From: a bacterium
GTDB lineage: Bacteria; Patescibacteriota; Patescibacteriia; UBA10025
DNA length: 64,000 nucleotides
Reading direction: 5' to 3'
Assembly: GCA_021815445.1 (NCBI GenBank)
Contig: JAKAGM010000002.1
Span: 307,720-371,719, forward strand
Positions 58,307 to 64,000 of the stretch are shown piece by piece; position 1 is the first letter of the stretch, and every line of letters begins with the position of its first letter. The notes beneath the pieces were generated by a model. The model saw only the letters and a program-made list of their open reading frames with translations, ran no database searches and was not told where the DNA came from. Both the position numbers and the translations under genes were made by a program.

Positions 58307-60699
58307 GCCGGGGACACTTTGCACGAAAGATTTTTATCTTTCTTGCCGCCATCCTTGCCTCGGGCGGTATGTTTTTTGTTTTGCGTCCTGTGCCGGCTTC
58401 TGCCGCCACGTTCAGCCTGGTCCCGTCGAGCGGGACTATTACTATCGGGCAACAGACGGATATCACGCTGACTCTAGGCAGTCCGGGGCAGGCGATTAAT
58501 GCGGCCGAAGCGGTAATAACATTTCCCAGCACCTACCTTGCGGTAGATAGCGTCACCAAAGGCGCGCTCTTCAACCATTGGCCGGTAGGTCCTGTTTTCT
58601 CGAACGCACCGGGTACTGTCACGTTCGCAGGCGGCCTGCCATCCCCGGGATTCTCCGGTGACTCAGGAACGGTGTTCGCCGTCGCTTTTCGCGGAGTGTC
58701 CCCGGGTGCCGGCGTACAGGTATGCATCACAGCTGCGCGGATACTCGCAAACGACGGGAACGGCACGGACGTACTTCAGCCTCCTGATTGCGCGGTTTAT
58801 GACGTCGTGGCTGGGAAGGTTCCCCCTGCTCCACAGGTAACCTCCTCGACTCACCCCGACCAGAATGCATGGTATCCGCTTTCCAGTCCCGCAATATCGT
58901 GGACTATAGGCGAGGGCGTACTTGATTTTAGCTACGTGCTTGACCGCACATCGGGCACCCAGCCTGACGAACAGGGAGAAGGAATAGGCACGGCGAAAAC
59001 CTACACCGGTCTTGACGACGGAATATGGTATTTTCACGTACGCGCAAAAAATATATTCGGGTGGGGAGCTACGGGGCATTTTACCCTGAGGATAGATACT
59101 GTCGCTCCGCTTCCTTTTGCCATCAATCTCCTCGATGGGCAAAACACAGAATCGCATACTCCGCGGATCAGCTTTGAAACGACCGACGCCACTTCTGGCG
59201 TCCAGTACTATGAGATCATGCTCAATGGAGGTCCGGCGGTAACCTTGCCCGTCGGATCGACTCTCCCATACACATTTTCACAGCTCCAAAACGGAGAATA
59301 TACGGTTATCGCGACGGCCGTGGATTACTCGGGAAATCGTACAACGGCGTCGACGCTCTTTACCGTAGTTTCTCCGACACTTTTGAACCGCATAGACCAG
59401 ATCATCAATATTACAAAGGAGCAGATTGCGAAAATCCTGCCCGCACCCGTGATATCCACTATCACAAATGTCACAAAGGACATCGCTAAAACGATCGAAA
59501 CCCTGCGCTCGAACACTGAAGTAACGAATGTTTTTAAGGATATCGTCCAGCCGACCACGAGCACCGCAGCCATCATCGCAACTGTCGGCGTCGCGACATC
59601 AACGGCGACAGTCGAATTGACCAACATTTTTTACTTGCTCTTCCGTTTCGGGTATTTCTGGCTGCTGCCTATCTCGTTCGGCAAAAAACGAAAGCCGTGG
59701 GGCGTCGTCTTTGACAGCTCGACAGGCCGGCCTATCAAAGGAGTGATGGTCAGAATCTTTGCGAAAGAATTCAACAAGCTCAAAGAAACCCAGATTACCG
59801 ATGATCAGGGAAGGTTCGGCTTCCTGGTGGATATCGGAGAATACTATGTGACGGTGTCGCGTCCCGGATATTTTTTTCCTTCCCGCCTCATCCTTACCCC
59901 CGTTATCAGCCGTTTCGAAAACATTTACCGCGGGGAAGTTTTTTCTATCAAAGAGCGGATTGAATCCGCTATTTCAATCAATGTTCCCATCGATCCCGAC
60001 GACCAGCATGTTTCGCGCCTCCGCCTCAACTGGCTGCGGGTCATTAATCTCTTGGGTGTTATTCTCGACAAAATGAATGCTCCGCTGTTGATCGGCGGCA
60101 CGCTCTTGAGCTGGGCGACGCTGATCATGCAACCGCGGCTTGGGAACTATCTCGTGCTTGCGCTGTATGGATTCCTCATCTTGGTAAAATTTTACCTCGC
60201 GAAAAGGGTCCAGCGGTCATGGGGAATCGTCAGAGACGCCGTGACGGACAAGCCCGTCGAACTCGCCGTCGTGCGCATCCATAATATTGCATCCGGTGCC
60301 GTGGCTGCCACCAAGATTACCAACGGCGAAGGCAAATTTTCCGCCCTTGTCATGCCCGGTCAGTATTACCTCATGGTAATAAAGGCCGGCTATCAGGCGT
60401 ACCAAAGCAAGACCGTGAACATCGTCAAGCAGCGCGGTTTGATCACCACGGAAGTGCGGTTGAGGCCTATTGAAAAAAAACAACCGCAAATTTCATCTAT
60501 GCCCCACTTAGGCGAACCTCCAGCGGTACAACCGCGCACAACCGATGAGCAAGAAGCCATAGCAGAACATGGCCCCGGTTTCACTGATGCTTCTTCTGGC
60601 GAGAAACAACTGCCGCATTCCATGCCGCCCAAGAGTGACGATCTTCTCTCAGGAGAAGAAGGAGATTCTACCCCAGGCAATCCTCAAAAAAAATTGTAA
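58270..60699 (+). CDS. Cohesin + Ig-like + carboxypeptidase-regulatory-like domain membrane protein
   Basis: INAAEA.ITFP, FAGGLPSPG, ILANDGNGT; SSTHPDQ..WY; two WG.V.D..T..P...TD..GRF domains; TMs. Confidence 0.75.
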   Translation: MDSHAKAQKRTISRGHFARKIFIFLAAILASGGMFFVLRPVPASAATFSLVPSSGTITIGQQTDITLTLGSPGQAINAAEAVITFPSTYLAVDSVTKGALFNHWPVGPVFSNAPGTVTFAGGLPSPGFSGDSGTVFAVAFRGVSPGAGVQVCITAARILANDGNGTDVLQPPDCAVYDVVAGKVPPAPQVTSSTHPDQNAWYPLSSPAISWTIGEGVLDFSYVLDRTSGTQPDEQGEGIGTAKTYTGLDDGIWYFHVRAKNIFGWGATGHFTLRIDTVAPLPFAINLLDGQNTESHTPRISFETTDATSGVQYYEIMLNGGPAVTLPVGSTLPYTFSQLQNGEYTVIATAVDYSGNRTTASTLFTVVSPTLLNRIDQIINITKEQIAKILPAPVISTITNVTKDIAKTIETLRSNTEVTNVFKDIVQPTTSTAAIIATVGVATSTATVELTNIFYLLFRFGYFWLLPISFGKKRKPWGVVFDSSTGRPIKGVMVRIFAKEFNKLKETQITDDQGRFGFLVDIGEYYVTVSRPGYFFPSRLILTPVISRFENIYRGEVFSIKERIESAISINVPIDPDDQHVSRLRLNWLRVINLLGVILDKMNAPLLIGGTLLSWATLIMQPRLGNYLVLALYGFLILVKFYLAKRVQRSWGIVRDAVTDKPVELAVVRIHNIASGAVAATKITNGEGKFSALVMPGQYYLMVIKAGYQAYQSKTVNIVKQRGLITTEVRLRPIEKKQPQISSMPHLGEPPAVQPRTTDEQEAIAEHGPGFTDASSGEKQLPHSMPPKSDDLLSGEEGDSTPGNPQKKL

Positions 60700-60708
60700 A
60701 CTAACACT

Positions 60709-61416
60709 ATGCGTGCTGCGATTGTTATTCCAACATATAACGAAAAAGAGAATATTATCCCGCTCCTGCGGTCTATTCTATCTCAAAAGGTGGCTGCCGC
60801 CTTGGAGATTATAGTGGTCGATGACAACTCCCCCGACGGTACCGGTTTACTCATTGATGAGGAAAGCAAGCTTCATCAAGAAATTTCGTGTATCCATCGC
60901 AAGGGAAAACTCGGCTTGGGGAGCGCATACCGCGAGGGATTCCGCACGGCCTTATCGCGAGGCGCAGATGCAATTGTCGGCATGGACGCGGATTTTTCAC
61001 ACTCCCCAAAATATCTGCCTGCGCTACTTGCCGGCACCGCTCACGCGGACCTTGTCATCGGATCACGGTACATCAAGGGCGGCGGCCAAAAAGGATGCTC
61101 GCTCGGACGGAGGATTCTGAGCAGGGGGGCTAATGCGCTGGCACGGCTCCTCCTCGCGCTTCCGACGCGGGATGCTACTTCAGGATTTCGGTGCTACACG
61201 CGGGCAGTTTTTGACCGCATAGATCTTTCGACAGTCAGATCAGACGGATACTCATTCCTGGTAGAAATGGTGGTCAGATGCCGCCGCGCCGGACTGACGA
61301 TAAGGGAGGTGCCGATTATTTTCGAAAATCGAACCCGCGGGGCTTCCAAAATATCCCGCAGGGAAGTGTGGCACGGGATGATGACGATTCTACACCTTCT
61401 ATTTCGGAGGTTCTGA
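60709..61416 (+). CDS. Polyprenol-monophosphate mannose synthase-like GT2 glycosyltransferase
   Basis: IPTYNEKENI, VDDNSPDGT, GKLGLGSAY, MDADFSH.P, GSRY, DATSGFRCY. Confidence 0.9.
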   Translation: MRAAIVIPTYNEKENIIPLLRSILSQKVAAALEIIVVDDNSPDGTGLLIDEESKLHQEISCIHRKGKLGLGSAYREGFRTALSRGADAIVGMDADFSHSPKYLPALLAGTAHADLVIGSRYIKGGGQKGCSLGRRILSRGANALARLLLALPTRDATSGFRCYTRAVFDRIDLSTVRSDGYSFLVEMVVRCRRAGLTIREVPIIFENRTRGASKISRREVWHGMMTILHLLFRRF

Positions 61417-61980
61417 TGTATCGTTCGCTTTTCCGGTCTGAGTAAAGCGCACTTTCAAAACATACAATACAGTAGCTATCCACAGCCCCCCGCATATATA
61501 ACCTGCCAAGACGTCACTCATCCAATGCACTCCCAGGTACACGCGGTCGTAGCCAACTAGCAAAATATATATCGTGCCTGCAAGATACAGTAGCCAATGT
61601 CTGCCCTTGTGAACATGCGGGAGGATACAATACAGCAAGGTAAAAACTAAAAGTACCGCACCAAGAGCATGCCCGCTCGGAAAGCTTGGGCTGGTGATGC
61701 GCTCCAAGACATTGACGACATAAGCCGTCGGTCTGGGCCGGCCGATCAGAAATTTTGCCAGCGGTATGATTGCGTTCCCGGAAAAGAAAATAATAATACA
61801 CACCGCCGTATTCTTTTTTCCCTGAAATATGAGATACGCAATGACGGGTACCGCCAGGACGAGGTAGAGTTCCGGTGCGCTGATGATGCCAAAAAATTTC
61901 ATTGCCGCAGTCAGCCAGGCCGGCTGGGCCGACTGGATAAAATGGGATACTGAAATGTCTATTGGCCACGGGACGCTCAT
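61399..61980 (-). CDS. PAP2-family phosphatase (lipid-phosphate recycling)
   Basis: K....RPRP, SFPSGHA, DRVYLGVHW.SDV. Confidence 0.9.
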   Translation of the reverse strand: MSVPWPIDISVSHFIQSAQPAWLTAAMKFFGIISAPELYLVLAVPVIAYLIFQGKKNTAVCIIIFFSGNAIIPLAKFLIGRPRPTAYVVNVLERITSPSFPSGHALGAVLLVFTLLYCILPHVHKGRHWLLYLAGTIYILLVGYDRVYLGVHWMSDVLAGYICGGLWIATVLYVLKVRFTQTGKANDTSEPPK

Positions 61981-62212
61981 GTGCGTATATCTAAATAGTA
62001 CATTAACTTCGTTCGTACTGCGAGCCGGTAAAAAATCGAATATCGCAAAACTACCGGTTAAGCGAAAAAACCGTCAATCTCACCCCCCTCATTTGGCAGT
62101 CTCAGCGGTCGATCTCCTGAGGCTTGATTTCCTGTGATTTTGTGCTATACTATTGCTAATTCTCGTGTATTTTCAGTGTTTTTTACATGCAGAGGATGGG
62201 TAATCTGGACAG

Positions 62213-62289
62213 GGGTGATTAGCTCAGCTGGTTAGAGCGCGGCGTTCACATCGCCGAGGTCCCTGGTTCAAATCCAGGATCACCCACCA
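62213..62289 (+). tRNA. tRNA-Val (CAC)
   Basis: GGGTGAT...ATCACCC-ACCA; anticodon arm CGGCG-TTCACAT-CGCCG; GGTTCAAATCC. Confidence 0.93.
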
Positions 62290-62329
62290 CCAGGGAGCTT
62301 AATTGACTACTTCTAGTGTTCACCAAAAT

Positions 62330-62938
62330 ATGATCAAACTTTTTCAGAAATCTCAGAAAAAACCCCATGAAGAGCGATCGACCTCGGCAGGCGGGTTTAT
62401 CTTCGAAATAGGAAAGACTATCGTCATCGCGATTGCCCTGGTATTGGTGATCAGATTTTTCCTTATCCAGCCTTTTTACGTCAAGGGAGCATCCATGGAA
62501 CCTAACTTTCATGACCACGAATATCTCGTGATTGATGAAATCAGCTACCGCCTGCACCAGCCTGAACGCGGCGATGTCATTGTTATCCGGTATCCTCGCG
62601 ACCCGTCGCAATTTTTTATTAAACGCCTGATCGGTCTGCCGGGAGAGACCATAGAAATCCACAGGGATGAAGTGGTCATCACCACTGCAGGGTCCCAAAC
62701 GATAGTACTCAGTGAACCGTACCTTGCGCCGGACACTCCGACAACCGGCGAAATACGCCTGACGCTTGCCAGCGATGAATACTTCGTCCTCGGAGATAAT
62801 CGAACGGCGAGTCTCGACTCCCGGTCATTCGGCGCTGTTAAAAAAAGTTACGTGGTCGGACGGACATGGATTCGCGTGTGGCCCTTTGACCGTTTTCGGA
62901 TTTTTAAGAATATAAACTACCCGACGTCGGCGCCCTAG
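62330..62938 (+). CDS. lepB: Signal peptidase I
   Basis: V.GASMEP, RGDVIV, FIKRLIGLPGE, YFVLGDNR..SLDSR. Confidence 0.95.
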   Translation: MIKLFQKSQKKPHEERSTSAGGFIFEIGKTIVIAIALVLVIRFFLIQPFYVKGASMEPNFHDHEYLVIDEISYRLHQPERGDVIVIRYPRDPSQFFIKRLIGLPGETIEIHRDEVVITTAGSQTIVLSEPYLAPDTPTTGEIRLTLASDEYFVLGDNRTASLDSRSFGAVKKSYVVGRTWIRVWPFDRFRIFKNINYPTSAP

Positions 62939-62962
62939 CGCACCCGTCAGGAAGCTTTTTTC

Positions 62963-64000
62963 ATGTCAGAGAAATCTAAAGACAAACTTCCGCGTCTGCT
63001 GCGGGGGATGAAAGATATCCTTCCGCAAGATCAGTCCCAATGGGACCATCTGAGGCAGAAGGTGAAAGCGTTTGCGACAAGTTACGGTTTTTCGCGTATT
63101 GACACGCCCGTACTCGAACAGACGAGTCTTTTTGTGCGGTCGGTGGGAAAGGGGACCGATATAGTGGAAAAGGAGATGTTTTCTTTTGTGGACCAGGGAA
63201 ATGAACAGGTGACGCTCCGTCCTGAAGCGACCGCAAGTATTGCACGGGCGTTTATCGAGCATGGCTTTGTCAATCAGCCGAAACCGGTCAAGCTTTTCTG
63301 GATGGGGCCGCTTTTTCGGCATGACCGTCCCCAAGCCGGCAGGCAACGGCAATTCTGGCAATTTGACTTCGAATCACTCGGAGAAGCGCATCCGGTGGTT
63401 GACGCTGAACTGATCCTTGTCGCGTATACGATTGTTCGGGAGCTGGGGCTGGAGCCCGTGGTCCAGATCAACAGCATCGGAGACGCGCAGGACAGAGAAA
63501 GGTACAAAAAAGCCCTCGTAGAGTATTTTCGTCCCCGCCGCAACCAGCTTTCTGATGAGATAAAAAAACGCCTTCAGCGCAACCCCTTGAGAGTGCTTGA
63601 CGCCAAGGAGGAAGAAGTGCGGATCCTCGTCCAAGACGCCCCGCAGATTGTTGATTTCCTCTCTGAGGAAGCCAATAAACATTTTGTGAAAGTGTTGGAG
63701 CACCTCGACGAGCTTGATATTCCGTATGTTCTGAACCCGCGGCTGGTTCGCGGGTTGGATTATTATAACAGGACAGTCTTCGAGATTTGGCCGACAGGCG
63801 ATGATACCGGGCAGCTGGCTCTCGGGGGCGGCGGACGGTACGACGGACTGGTAGAATCTCTCGGCGGCCAGCCGACGCCTGCTGCCGGTTTCGCGATCGG
63901 CATCGAGCGGCTTCTTATGAAAATGCGCGAAGCAAATGTCCCGATCCCGCAGCCTGAAACTCCGAGAATATTTATCGCCCAGCTCGGCGAGGCGTCAAGG
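62963..64000 (+). CDS. hisS: Histidine--tRNA ligase (5' part; runs off the window)
   Basis: Manual translation: RGMKDILP, IDTPVLE, GTDIVEKEMF, LRPEATA, FRHDRPQAGRQRQF, LVRGLDYY, GGGRYDGL. Confidence 0.95.
   Translation, partial: MSEKSKDKLPRLLRGMKDILPQDQSQWDHLRQKVKAFATSYGFSRIDTPVLEQTSLFVRSVGKGTDIVEKEMFSFVDQGNEQVTLRPEATASIARAFIEHGFVNQPKPVKLFWMGPLFRHDRPQAGRQRQFWQFDFESLGEAHPVVDAELILVAYTIVRELGLEPVVQINSIGDAQDRERYKKALVEYFRPRRNQLSDEIKKRLQRNPLRVLDAKEEEVRILVQDAPQIVDFLSEEANKHFVKVLEHLDELDIPYVLNPRLVRGLDYYNRTVFEIWPTGDDTGQLALGGGGRYDGLVESLGGQPTPAAGFAIGIERLLMKMREANVPIPQPETPRIFIAQLGEASR

Noticed and set aside
1-64000. Alternative genetic code (TGA recoding) or prophage
   Set aside because: Core genes translate full length in code 11, TGA is used as a stop, and no phage structural or integrase genes were recognised

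Overview
Bacterial chromosomal window using genetic code 11. Gene content and style (AT-rich leaders without Shine-Dalgarno on core genes, short RelA/SpoT, O-antigen-ligase/TPR protein, cohesin/dockerin surface proteins, giant HTH-fused surface protein) suggest a Patescibacteria/CPR (Parcubacteria-like) genome; this is inference only. In order: a cupredoxin lipoprotein; an orphan 907-aa PD-(D/E)XK nuclease + CHC2 Zn-finger + TOPRIM (DnaG-like) fusion; a ~13-kb copper/thiol-disulfide cluster (3 CcdA, redoxin, BlaI/M56 pair, HMA proteins, cupredoxins, CopA, 2 DsbA, lgt) with three TACTAC-N5-GTAGTA operators over promoters; two tRNA-Met(CAT) followed by tRNA-linked repeats; a DMT permease; a rearranged tRNA-Leu(CAA) locus with a double-hairpin element in the anticodon and a small GIY-YIG nuclease; parA-parB, OAL/TPR, rel, trxB; several self-contained orphan cassettes; topA, dprA, mfd, pth, der, LCP; a ~19-kb surface-structure locus (3700-aa adhesin-like protein and two identical-mature subunits sharing a C-terminal pilin/WxL-like domain, a DUF916-like protein, dockerin and cohesin proteins); GT2, PAP2, tRNA-Val, lepB and the 5' part of hisS. 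The best candidates for undescribed systems are the surface-fibre locus, the tRNA-anticodon/GIY-YIG element, the nuclease-primase fusion and the BlaI/BlaR-like copper regulon.
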